The notes beneath the pieces were generated by a model. The model was not told the DNA's origin and made no database searches. It saw only the letters and a program-made list of their open reading frames with translations. The translations under genes were made by a program, and so were the position numbers. From positions 1 through 13,874 of the forward strand of contig JBBISH010000149.1 of assembly GCA_037441385.1 (NCBI GenBank): a stretch of 13,874 nt of DNA. The letters run 5' to 3'. Source of the DNA: Myxococcales bacterium (lineage in GTDB: Bacteria; Myxococcota_A; UBA9042). Of this stretch, positions 1 to 8,077 are shown one piece after another (position 1 is the stretch's first letter; each line of letters begins with the position of its first letter).

Positions 1-87
1 GACTACGAAGAGACGATCGCAAGCAGCAAGGCCTGGATGACGCTCGCCATGATTCGCCTCATCACGGCACGGCTCGGGGCTGAATAA
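1..87 (+). CDS. IS5-family transposase, C-terminal fragment (truncated by window edge)
   Basis: Frame 1 reads DYEETIASSKAWMTLAMIRLITARLGAE* (TAA 85-87). This resembles the IS5-family C-terminus pattern 'rdYE......a...lamirlm.rrl'. Not in the ORF track because its start lies outside the window. Confidence 0.8.
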   Translation, partial: DYEETIASSKAWMTLAMIRLITARLGAE

Positions 88-105
88 TATGTACACACCC
101 TCTGA
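1..105 (+). mobile_element. Right end of an IS5-family element (IS1031-like subgroup): terminal IR ending ...ACACACCCTC at 102, putative TNA target duplication TGA at 103-105
   Basis: The transposase stop is followed by TATGTACACACCCTC|TGA. The reverse complement begins GAGGGTGTGTAC, consistent with GAG-starting IRs and 3-bp TNA duplications in this subgroup. The left end is not visible. Confidence 0.65.
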
Positions 106-165
106 CACCAGTTCCGTCCGAATCGGATCGAAAACTCGGGCAATTCTTCGGGCCCGAACCGGGGT

Positions 166-231
166 CCCCGCCTGATTCTCGCCGGTTGCAGACCGGGCCA
201 GAGAAGCCGTTCAGGCGTGAATCAGACGGGG
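166..231. repeat. 18-bp imperfect inverted repeat with 30-nt spacer
   Basis: CCCCGCCTGATTCTCGCC (166-183) vs reverse complement of 214-231, CCCCGTCTGATTCACGCC: 16/18 match. Confidence 0.85.
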
Positions 232-257
232 TTCGTATGACACAGACTGCCCATGTC

Positions 258-295
258 GTAGCCGGGTCCTGTAGCCGGGTCCCGCGGCCGGGCCA
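258..295. repeat. 13-bp-period direct repeat (2 exact copies plus 1 degenerate)
   Basis: GTAGCCGGGTCC at 258-269 and 271-282; GCGGCCGGGCCA at 284-295. Confidence 0.75.
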
Positions 296-471
296 TTCTC
301 GGCCTTTTTGCCGATGACCTGGCCGCGTCGCCCCCCTGGCGCTCGGGCCACGGACCGGCCCCGACAAGTCTGGGCAAACTGCACTTGACCCGTGGCCCCA
401 ATCCGCGAAACTTGAGTCCTGGCGGCGTCACTTCAAGCACCATCGTTGGCCGCAGCCGGAGTCCGATTACC

Positions 472-1500
472 ATGAACGACACGCTCCTCCGCCAATGGAC
501 CATGCTTGCGGGTGTGCCGCGAGCGCCGCGCAAGATCGATACGGCCAGCCTTCAGGCGCACTTGGCCGAGCGAGGCTTCGTGGTCGATCAACGGAGCATC
601 CAGCGCGACTTGCGCAAGCTGTCTGGGGTGTTCCCGCTGGTGTGCGACGATCAGCACCGCCCGCACGGTTGGTCGTGGCAGCGCCAAGCAGCGTCGACCG
701 GCGTGCCAGGCATGGATGTTCACACGGCATTGGCATTTCGCATGGCAGACGAGCACTTGCGACACATGCTGCCCGAGGCAACCCGCGAGTACCTCGCCCC
801 TTGGTTTGCCCAAGCGCACGGTATCTTGACCAACATGGCGGCCAATTCGGTGGCTTCGTGGCCCAAGAAAGTTCGCGCCGTGCCGGTCGGCCAGCCGTTG
901 GTTCCCCCTGTGGTATCGGCCGAGGTGTTGGAAGCCGTGCATCAGGCTCTGGCGACCGGCCGCCAGCTGCATGTGCACTACCGTCGCCGTGGCGAGTCGC
1001 AACTGCGCGAATACCTTGCGCACCCCTTGGGACTGGTGTACCGCGAAGCGATGCCGATGCTGGTCTGCACCCTGTGGCACTATCGCGATCCCGTACAGTT
1101 GATGCTTCATCGCATGGAGGACGTACAAGTCACGGCTGACCCGGTCGACCCGCTCCATGGCTTTGACCTCGACGCCTGGATCGCCGAGCGCACTTTTGAC
1201 TACCGCCTGAGCGAGCACCAGATTGCCTTGGAAGTTATGTTCGACGCCGTCGCTGCGGTGCGCGTGATCGAGACGCCATTGGCCGGCAACCAGCAGATCG
1301 AGACCCTGCCCGACGGGCGTGTCCACCTGTCGGCCAGCGTGCCGGACACGATGCAATTGCGCCACTGGCTTCGCGGTTTTGGCCCCTTGGTCGAAGTGCT
1401 GTCCCCCAGCGACCTGCGCGCCGACATGGCCGGGCAGGCCGCGCGCACCGCCGCCCGCTACCGCGCCTCGCTGCCGGCGCCGATCGATCCTGCCACCTGA
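472..1500 (+). CDS. WYL-domain transcriptional regulator (wHTH + WYL + WCX)
   Basis: N-terminal wHTH 'LLRQWTML..VPRAPRKIDTASLQAHLAERGFVVDQRSIQRDLRKLS'; WYL region 'QLHVHYRRR...HPLGLVYR...LHRM'; WCX 'ETPLAGNQQI...LRHWLRGFGPLVEVLSPSDLR'. ATG 472 is preceded by GGAG (458-461) and is preferred over the ORF-track TTG at 385. Confidence 0.92.
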   Translation: MNDTLLRQWTMLAGVPRAPRKIDTASLQAHLAERGFVVDQRSIQRDLRKLSGVFPLVCDDQHRPHGWSWQRQAASTGVPGMDVHTALAFRMADEHLRHMLPEATREYLAPWFAQAHGILTNMAANSVASWPKKVRAVPVGQPLVPPVVSAEVLEAVHQALATGRQLHVHYRRRGESQLREYLAHPLGLVYREAMPMLVCTLWHYRDPVQLMLHRMEDVQVTADPVDPLHGFDLDAWIAERTFDYRLSEHQIALEVMFDAVAAVRVIETPLAGNQQIETLPDGRVHLSASVPDTMQLRHWLRGFGPLVEVLSPSDLRADMAGQAARTAARYRASLPAPIDPAT

Positions 1501-1507
1501 AGGCCGC

Positions 1508-2053
1508 TCAAGGCTTGGCGTTGGGGTCGCGGATGCAGACCTTGCCCAAGAAGGCGATGTTCGAGCAAATCGGCAACATGGGCCCGCAGTCCTGGGCCGT
1601 CTTGCAGGGGCCCGAGCAGAAGTAGCTGGTCTGGTAGGTGGGCCCTTCCATGCACAGCGAAGTCTGGCAATCCTGGCCATCTTTGCACGGATCCACGCCC
1701 GACTTGCCGGCGCCGCGCGGGCCGATCTTGCAGAAACAACCCGCCGTCTCGCTGCACTCGCACCGTTCCGAGGCGATGCAGTCGGCGTTGAAGGTGCAGT
1801 CCTTCATGGTCGAGACGGCGTCCACTCCCGCTGCCGTGTCCGCTCCCGAATCGGCTGCCGTGTCCGCCGCCGAGTCCGCTGCGGTAGCCGTGTCTGGGCC
1901 GCCATCGCCCGTAGCCGCGTCCGCGGGAGCATCGCCAAACGTGTCGCCCAAGGTGCTATCCAAAGCGATTCCGCCGCCCTGCCCGCCACTCGCGGCGGTA
2001 CCGCACCCGGTGACCAAAGAGCCGAACAAGAGGCAAAGGGCAAAGCGAACCAC
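1508..2053 (-). CDS. Cys-rich lipoprotein with acidic Asp/Ala/Thr linker
   Basis: GTG start with GGAGG 6 nt upstream (2060-2064). Signal peptide ends LVTG-C. Linker [23 protein letters not shown]-terminal region has 14 Cys, including three C-x4-D-C motifs. Confidence 0.8.
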   Translation of the reverse strand: MVRFALCLLFGSLVTGCGTAASGGQGGGIALDSTLGDTFGDAPADAATGDGGPDTATAADSAADTAADSGADTAAGVDAVSTMKDCTFNADCIASERCECSETAGCFCKIGPRGAGKSGVDPCKDGQDCQTSLCMEGPTYQTSYFCSGPCKTAQDCGPMLPICSNIAFLGKVCIRDPNAKP

Positions 2054-2193
2054 GGGGCACCTCCGCGACCCAGTATTTCACGCGGTGCCAGCGTGCCGCA
2101 ACCTTCGCCAGCCATGGCAACTTGGGCTTGACGCCACTCAGGCTGCGCCGTAGCGTGGGGAATTCCAGCGCCCCCCAGGCGGTCGAGGCAGCG

Positions 2194-4395
2194 ATGGCAA
2201 CAACTGAATTCCGCACCTGCTCCCCACCGCGGGGCAGGCGATGGGCCCGCTGGCTGTGGCTGGCGGCGCTGCTGACGCTGAGCCTGGGGCGCCCCGCTGC
2301 GGCCGGCGACAAGTGGACGCAACCCTTTGATGGGGTCAAGCAATTGCACCGGACGACCAGTTCGCCCAAGTGGAGCGTCCACGCGCTGATCATCGACACT
2401 AGCGTGGCCGGCGTCAGCTTGGACGCGACCGCCAGCGCCCAACGCAAGCAAAAGACCTCGAATTTCGCTAAGGCGATCAAGGCCCAGGCCGCCATCAACG
2501 GCGACTTCTTCAGCTACGCCACTTACGCGACAGGCGGTCTTGCGGCCGGCGACGGCAAAGCTTGGACCGACACGGCCGACGACAAAAGCGATGCCAATTT
2601 GGTGTTCAGCAAAGGGTCGCCCGCCAAGCCGACCCTGCATCCAGCCGCTGAGTTGTTGAAATTCGATGCCAAGACCATGTTTGGGGTGGTGTCGGGTCAC
2701 CCGATGCTCGTCGAGGCCGGCAAGACCACCACCGCCGCGACCAATCCCAAGTCGTCGTTTTGTCAGACACGCCACCCGCGGACGATGGTCGGCTTGGACA
2801 AGACGGGCACGGTACTCATCCTGGCGGTGGTCGACGGCCGGCAACCCTCGCTCAGCGTGGGCATGCGCTGCGACGAAGAAGCTACGCTGATGAAAGGCTT
2901 GGGCGCGTGGACCGCGCTGAATTTCGACGGCGGCGGCTCCAGCACGATCTACGTGTCGGGCCAAGGCGTGGTCAACTCGCCGTCCGACGGTGTGGAACGC
3001 ACGGTGGGCAACCACTTGGCCGTCTACGCCCCCAAAAGCGGCACCATGGCCAGCTTCTACGGCAAGGTGTACGCATCGGGTCAGGCCACCAAGGTCCTTT
3101 CCGGCGCGACGGTCAAGGTCACAGGCGGGCCGAGCGACACGAGCGACAGCAAGGGCGCCTACAGTTTGTCTGTGGCTGCAGGCACCTACACGCTTACTTG
3201 CACGTTGTCGGGCTACAAGACCCTGACCTACAGCAAAACGGTGACCAAGGGCCAAGACCTCAAGGTCGACTTCGCCTTGGTCGTCTCGGCGGTGCCCACC
3301 GATGTCGATGGTGACGGCGTGGTCGACGCCAAAGACAACTGCCCGACCGTGAAAAACGCCAATCAAGCCGATAAGGACGGCGATGGCAAAGGCGACGCCT
3401 GCGACGGCGACGACGACAACGACACGGTCTTTGACGAAGACGACAACTGCCCTTTGGTGGCCAACAAGGACCAGTTGGACACCGACAAAGACGGCATCGG
3501 CAATGCATGCGACGCCGACGACGACGACGATACTGTGCCGGACACCAAGGGCAATTGCCCGCTGATCGACAATCCCAGCCAAGCCGACAAGGACGGCGAC
3601 GGGTTGGGTGATGCCTGCGATCCGGTGGACAACACGCCGCCGCCCGCCGATCCTGGGCCGGACGCGGGCAGCAGCGACACCAGCGTGGCCGACGCGGGCG
3701 CGACGGACAGCAAGAGCGACGCGAGCAAGACCGATTCGAACACCAGTGATCTCTTTGTACCCATTCAGGATTACGATGGCGACGGGATTGCCGATGCCCT
3801 GGACAATTGTCCTTTTGTGGCCAACGCCAGTCAGGTGGACCTAGACGGCGACAACCAAGGCGACGCCTGCGATCCCGACGACGACAACGACGGAGAGCCC
3901 GATCAAGCCGACAACTGCCCGAACAAGTACAACCCCGAGCAAACCGACAGCGACGGGGATGGCCAAGGCGATGCTTGCGATGCCACGCCGGGCGCGGGCA
4001 AGGACGTGGTTCAGCCAGAGGCGGTCCAAGGCGACAGCGAGTCGGCAGCCGACAGCACTGAAGCCGATGAGAGCACTCAGGATAGTCAGACATCGATCGA
4101 TGGCAAGGGCGCCGATGCGGCGGGTACGGTCGACGCCGTCCCGGCGAGTTCCGACACGGCCAAGCCAGCCGGCGATGGCCACGCGAACCCAGGGAACACG
4201 GCCGATGCAGCCGCGCTGGACCTGGGGCTTGGTCAAAGCGGAGGCACCCGCGTCGGCACGGCCACGTCTGCGGCTCCAGACAGCGGCTGCCAAGCTGGAA
4301 CCCAAGGAAATAGGCTTGGCTGGCTGCTGTCGTCGGCAGCGGTGCTGCTGGGGCGCATGGGGCTGCGCCGCCGCTACCTCCGGGGATTGGCTTGA
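2194..4395 (+). CDS. Surface-anchored phosphodiester glycosidase (NAGPA-like) + carboxypeptidase-regulatory-like domain + thrombospondin type-3 repeats + MYXO-CTERM-like anchor
   Basis: Signal peptide [23 protein letters not shown] motifs [31 protein letters not shown]. Beta-sandwich 'GKVY...LSGATVKV...[10 protein letters not shown]...GTYTL..SGY'. Five D.DGD...DNCP...N..Q.D.DGDG.GDACD units. C-terminus SGC...[22 protein letters not shown] 2194 follows GAGG. Confidence 0.88.
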   Translation: MATTEFRTCSPPRGRRWARWLWLAALLTLSLGRPAAAGDKWTQPFDGVKQLHRTTSSPKWSVHALIIDTSVAGVSLDATASAQRKQKTSNFAKAIKAQAAINGDFFSYATYATGGLAAGDGKAWTDTADDKSDANLVFSKGSPAKPTLHPAAELLKFDAKTMFGVVSGHPMLVEAGKTTTAATNPKSSFCQTRHPRTMVGLDKTGTVLILAVVDGRQPSLSVGMRCDEEATLMKGLGAWTALNFDGGGSSTIYVSGQGVVNSPSDGVERTVGNHLAVYAPKSGTMASFYGKVYASGQATKVLSGATVKVTGGPSDTSDSKGAYSLSVAAGTYTLTCTLSGYKTLTYSKTVTKGQDLKVDFALVVSAVPTDVDGDGVVDAKDNCPTVKNANQADKDGDGKGDACDGDDDNDTVFDEDDNCPLVANKDQLDTDKDGIGNACDADDDDDTVPDTKGNCPLIDNPSQADKDGDGLGDACDPVDNTPPPADPGPDAGSSDTSVADAGATDSKSDASKTDSNTSDLFVPIQDYDGDGIADALDNCPFVANASQVDLDGDNQGDACDPDDDNDGEPDQADNCPNKYNPEQTDSDGDGQGDACDATPGAGKDVVQPEAVQGDSESAADSTEADESTQDSQTSIDGKGADAAGTVDAVPASSDTAKPAGDGHANPGNTADAAALDLGLGQSGGTRVGTATSAAPDSGCQAGTQGNRLGWLLSSAAVLLGRMGLRRRYLRGLA
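3301..3981 (+). repeat. Thrombospondin type-3 Ca-binding repeats, 3 + 2 units (about 108 bp each) split by a low-complexity linker
   Basis: Units span about 3301-3621 and 3769-3981; each contains NCP and ends in G(D/N)ACD. Confidence 0.88.
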
Positions 4396-5399
4396 AAGAA
4401 CCTCAAGATCTCCAGATTCGCCTCAAAGTCCTGACTGACCGGCCCCACGGTCTTGCTGGGCAGGTACGGGTGCCCTCCCGGCCAAGTGTGCCCGCCGCCC
4501 TCGACGCGGAGCAATTGGACTGGCGCTGCGCAGCCTTGCCAGGTTCGGCGCGAGGCGCGGGTCCCGTCGCTGGCGGTGTCGGCGAGGTCTTCGTCGGCAT
4601 AGGTGCTGCCGCAGTGGTTGCGCGCCACCCAGCCGGCTACGCTGGGGTCGGCGCCGATTTTGTTGCCCTGGTTGTCGCCAGAGCAGCCCTGCTGCGAGGT
4701 CTGGTAGGTCCAGCATGGGTCGGCAGTGCCGTGAATGTGTAGGACCGGGATAGGGTTCGGGCACGCGCCGCCGGCCGCGGCAAACTGGTTGCCAGAGCCC
4801 ACGGTGGCGATGGCGGCGACGACTTGGCTGCGCTCGCAGGCCAGCCGGTGGGCCATGGCGCCGCCGTTGGACAGGCCGGTCAGGTAGATGCGCGTGGGGT
4901 CCACCGGGATCAGGGCGCCCACTTCTTGCAAGAGCGCGTCAAAGTAGGCCCCGTCGTCCACGCCACTTTGACACGCGTGGCCACTAGTGCAGTTCCAGCC
5001 GTCGCGACCGCCCCCCGCGTTCCACGTGCGAACGTCGCCCAGCACTCGGCTGCCGGTGCCATCTGGGAAGGCGACGGCGAAGCCCATGGCTTGGGCGCGC
5101 GCACTGAAGCACTGCGGGCTGTCGACGGCGCCGCCGGGGCAAGTCACGCGGTCGGCCGAACTGCGGCTGCCCCCGCCGCCGTGGAAGGCGACAACCAGCG
5201 GCAAGGGGCTGTGGCCGTCCCAATTGCCCGGCACATGCAAGGTAAAGGCGCGTTTGGGGGCGCTGGCAACAGGACAGTCCAGGCGTGTGCCGGCCTGAGG
5301 GCGCGCACAGGGCGCCAGCGTGGCTCCACAACCCAGCAAAGTGGCGGCCGTCACGGCAATGGCAGCTAGAGAGGCAAGGGTTCGCGTCATGGTCGCCAT
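4374..5399 (-). CDS. LpqC / PHB-depolymerase-type alpha/beta hydrolase (esterase), lipoprotein
   Basis: [42 protein letters not shown] nucleophile elbow; [16 protein letters not shown]; lipobox LLG-C. Start at ATG 5399 or 5390 rather than 5630. Confidence 0.88.
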   Translation of the reverse strand: MATMTRTLASLAAIAVTAATLLGCGATLAPCARPQAGTRLDCPVASAPKRAFTLHVPGNWDGHSPLPLVVAFHGGGGSRSSADRVTCPGGAVDSPQCFSARAQAMGFAVAFPDGTGSRVLGDVRTWNAGGGRDGWNCTSGHACQSGVDDGAYFDALLQEVGALIPVDPTRIYLTGLSNGGAMAHRLACERSQVVAAIATVGSGNQFAAAGGACPNPIPVLHIHGTADPCWTYQTSQQGCSGDNQGNKIGADPSVAGWVARNHCGSTYADEDLADTASDGTRASRRTWQGCAAPVQLLRVEGGGHTWPGGHPYLPSKTVGPVSQDFEANLEILRFFQANPRR

Positions 5400-5518
5400 G
5401 GTGCGCAACTTGCGCCGTCGTGGCAAGGGGATGGCAACTTGGGTCCTTTCAGCCTCGACGGCCGCAGCGGCGTCGTCTACCCTTGGCGTTTCGGCCGCCC
5501 TGGCCGATGGTCCACACG

Positions 5519-7165
5519 ATGCGCCTGGATTCTCGTTTGCCGATGCGCCATTGGCTGGCCTGTGCTGGCTTGGTGCTGGCCGCCATCCCCTGCGGTTGTT
5601 CGGATAGTGCGGGCAGCCACACGGCCGCAACAGCCGATGCAGCCAGCGATGTTCCGTCCGGTGGCGGTCACGACACGGCCACCATCGATGCGGCGGCCAA
5701 GGACACGTTTGCCGCAGATACAGACGCAGATACAGACGCAGATACTGGCGTGGATACAGCCACCGGCGACATCACCCAACCCGATACGTCGGCCAGCGAC
5801 GCGTCCACGGCGCTGCAATGGCTGGCACCGTTGGCCGCTCGCCGGGGTCCTGTCGCCGTTCAGGTCAGCGCGCCAGCCGGTATCAGCGCCGCCGCAGTGG
5901 CGCAGGCCACACTGCAGGTCCAAACGGGCGGAACCTGGAAGCCGGCGACGCTGCTGCAGGCGCCCCAGCAAGAGGGCGCGCAAGTCGTGTTCGTCTGGGA
6001 CTCTTTTGCAGACTTCGCCCAGGACGGCCCGATCAACGGCCGCGCCAGCCTGGCCGGCCAAGTGGTCGAGCACTCTCTTGAGTTGCGCAACGCCGCCGCA
6101 ACAGCCCGCGTCGTCCTGACGGCGCACCCGTCTACGGATCTGCCCAGCGGCGGGTCGGGGCCGCAGAACAACGAGATCGGCGCGCTGGTCTTGGCCGGAG
6201 GAGCGCTGCAGGGCAGCGAGCTTCGCGTCCATGTGGGCAAGGGGCCAGAGAGCTTGAGCGCAGCGCCCCATGGGCGGGCGACGGCCAACGTTGATGGCAG
6301 TGATGGCACGTTCTCGGTCATTGCAACGCCCCTGGACGCGGCCGCGACGCCGATTCAGGTCCTGTTCACCCAGGCACTGCCGCATGGCTGGGCGGCGGAC
6401 TTGGGCTGGAGCCGAGACGGACGCTCGCTGTATGTGTTGGGCACTGCTGGGGAATTGGCGACACAACCGGCCACCTTGTGGCGCTACGATCCGGCCGAGG
6501 ATCTGAGCAGTCTGGGTCAGCCCACGCCGCTGGCCACCTTCGAGCGCCCCGCTGTAGCCGTCTCGGTCGAGCGCAACCACCCGAGCGACCGCGACGAGTG
6601 GGCTTATGTGGTGCTGGGGCCAGGGCCAAACGCCGACTTGGGGCAAGTGGTGGCGGTCGCCCGCAAAGGCGGCCTGGCGGCGCCGGCCCTCGACTCGGAC
6701 GTGGCCGTGCCCAACGATTTTGCGGTCTCGCCGGCCGGCGGCTTGGCACTGCTCGCCAGCGATCTCTTTGGCAACGTGCTGGTGCGCTACGACTTGGGTA
6801 AGACCATCGTGGAGGCGGCGCGCGTCGAGCCCAAGAAGGTGCCGTTCAACCTGGTGTTTCACCCAGCGTCCACCCCCGATTTGCACGTTTTGCTGGTCTC
6901 CAACTTGGACAAGAACAGCGTCACGCCGTTCACGGTCACGCCCACGCAGGTCAAGGAAGGCGCCGCCGTGACTGGGCTTCCGCTCGCGGCCGAGATGGAC
7001 CTCGTCGAGCGCGGTCCCGAGAAGGGCTTGGTCGTGGTGTCGGCCTTGAACCAGCTGATTGGTGTGCAGTTGGCGACCGACGGGACAGCCAAGAAGCTGG
7101 GCACGCTCAAGGACTTTGGCAGCGGCACCCCCAACTTCACGGGCTCGGTCGCCGTGCAACGGTAG
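5519..7165 (+). CDS. Lipoprotein of unknown function: acidic linker, small beta domain, probable C-terminal beta-propeller
   Basis: Signal peptide ...LVLAAIPCG-C-S. Linker ADTDADTDADTGVDTA. Blade-like motifs GPESLSAAPHGR, DLGWSRDGRSLYV, PNDFAVSPAGG, PFNLVFHP. Start at 5519 or 5543. Confidence 0.72.
   Translation: MRLDSRLPMRHWLACAGLVLAAIPCGCSDSAGSHTAATADAASDVPSGGGHDTATIDAAAKDTFAADTDADTDADTGVDTATGDITQPDTSASDASTALQWLAPLAARRGPVAVQVSAPAGISAAAVAQATLQVQTGGTWKPATLLQAPQQEGAQVVFVWDSFADFAQDGPINGRASLAGQVVEHSLELRNAAATARVVLTAHPSTDLPSGGSGPQNNEIGALVLAGGALQGSELRVHVGKGPESLSAAPHGRATANVDGSDGTFSVIATPLDAAATPIQVLFTQALPHGWAADLGWSRDGRSLYVLGTAGELATQPATLWRYDPAEDLSSLGQPTPLATFERPAVAVSVERNHPSDRDEWAYVVLGPGPNADLGQVVAVARKGGLAAPALDSDVAVPNDFAVSPAGGLALLASDLFGNVLVRYDLGKTIVEAARVEPKKVPFNLVFHPASTPDLHVLLVSNLDKNSVTPFTVTPTQVKEGAAVTGLPLAAEMDLVERGPEKGLVVVSALNQLIGVQLATDGTAKKLGTLKDFGSGTPNFTGSVAVQR
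5714..5745 (+). repeat. In-frame 12-bp tandem repeat (GCAGATACAGAC x2.7) encoding ADTD
   Basis: Exact copies at 5714-5725 and 5726-5737; partial copy at 5738-5745. Confidence 0.85.
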
Positions 7166-7177
7166 GCGCGGACGACC

Positions 7178-8077
7178 ATGCCACGCACTCGCTCAGCCTT
7201 GGCCGCGGCGACGACCCTTTGGGCTGCCCTGCTTTGGAGCGCGTGCGCAACCCACCTGCCGCCGCAGCCCACTCCCGCCGAGCACGAGTTGGGGCTGTGG
7301 GTCTGGAGCAACCAGCCGGCTATCGATCCCAGCGCTGCCGATGCCTTGGTCGAGCTGGCGCGCGACACGTCGCTGACATCGCTGTACTTGCAGGCCCAAA
7401 CCCTGGTGTACGACGCGCCCGAAGCGCTGCAACAGCTGGTGGTCCGCGCGGCCGAAGCCAACGTCCAGGTCGAGCTGCTCATCGGCCGTCCAGAGTGGGC
7501 GCGAACCGGTCAGGCGGCCGAACCGCTGAAACTAACAAGCGATCTGATCCAGTTCGTCGCCCAGGCCAAGGGGCCACACGCGGTGGCGGTCCAGCTCAAC
7601 ATCGAGCCCCACGGCCTGCCCGAGTGGTCGAGCGAGCAGACCCAGTTGCTGCAGAACCTGCTCGACTTGCTAGACCAAGTGGCGCCGATGCTCCACAAGG
7701 CCGGGCTCGCGCTCAGCTTTGACTTGCCGACTTGGTACGACAGCATCGCGCTCACGCGCCACGGCCAGACGCGGCCGCTGTCCGAGTGGGTCATCGACGC
7801 GGTCGACACGGCGGTGCTCATGGACTACGACGACGATCTGCCCGACTTATTAAGTAGGCTCACGAGCGAACTGGCCTACGCCGACAAGGTCCACAAGCGG
7901 CTCATCGTGGGCGTAGAGACCCAGTGCGGTCTGGACGACGACCTGACTTTTTGCGAAGAAGGCCGCACCGCGTTGCTGGCTACGTTGGCGCAACTGCACA
8001 CCGCGCTCAAGCCGCATCCTGCCTACGGCGGGCAGGCCATCCACCATTGGAAGTCCTTTGTCGAACTGCCGAACTGA
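7178..8077 (+). CDS. Lipoprotein, putative glycoside-hydrolase-like (GH18-related) TIM barrel of unknown function
   Basis: Lipobox-like LWSA-C. Alternating beta/alpha pattern with motifs LWVW, LYLQ, QLNIEPH, VLMDY, IVGVET, TFCEEG, AIHHW, recalled from an uncharacterised secreted TIM-barrel family. Function is inferred. Confidence 0.6.
   Translation: MPRTRSALAAATTLWAALLWSACATHLPPQPTPAEHELGLWVWSNQPAIDPSAADALVELARDTSLTSLYLQAQTLVYDAPEALQQLVVRAAEANVQVELLIGRPEWARTGQAAEPLKLTSDLIQFVAQAKGPHAVAVQLNIEPHGLPEWSSEQTQLLQNLLDLLDQVAPMLHKAGLALSFDLPTWYDSIALTRHGQTRPLSEWVIDAVDTAVLMDYDDDLPDLLSRLTSELAYADKVHKRLIVGVETQCGLDDDLTFCEEGRTALLATLAQLHTALKPHPAYGGQAIHHWKSFVELPN

Noticed and set aside
152..240. Integron attC site or retron msr-msd
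   Set aside because: The ends (CCCGAAC / GTTCGTA) do not fit RYYYAAC/GTTRRRY well, and no integrase or reverse transcriptase is visible. Kept only as an unexplained structured region.
345..366. PafBC-type promoter TGTCGG-N10-TA on the minus strand
   Set aside because: TGTCGG is present (366-361), but the bases after N10 are TG, not TA.
385..471. ORF-track N-terminal extensions (starts 385, 2122, 5630, 5285, 9038)
   Set aside because: Downstream starts have RBS-like motifs and/or place the signal peptide or HTH at the N-terminus. The 5630 and 5285 extensions would also overlap each other.
62..533. Minus-strand ORFs 62-367 and 222-533 as a divergent WYL target
   Set aside because: Arg/Gly/Pro-rich with no recognisable motif; one runs into the IS end and the other overlaps the WYL gene.
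3301..3981. About 108-bp DNA periodicity as a non-coding array
   Set aside because: Fully explained by in-frame TSP3 protein repeats, with divergence at synonymous positions.
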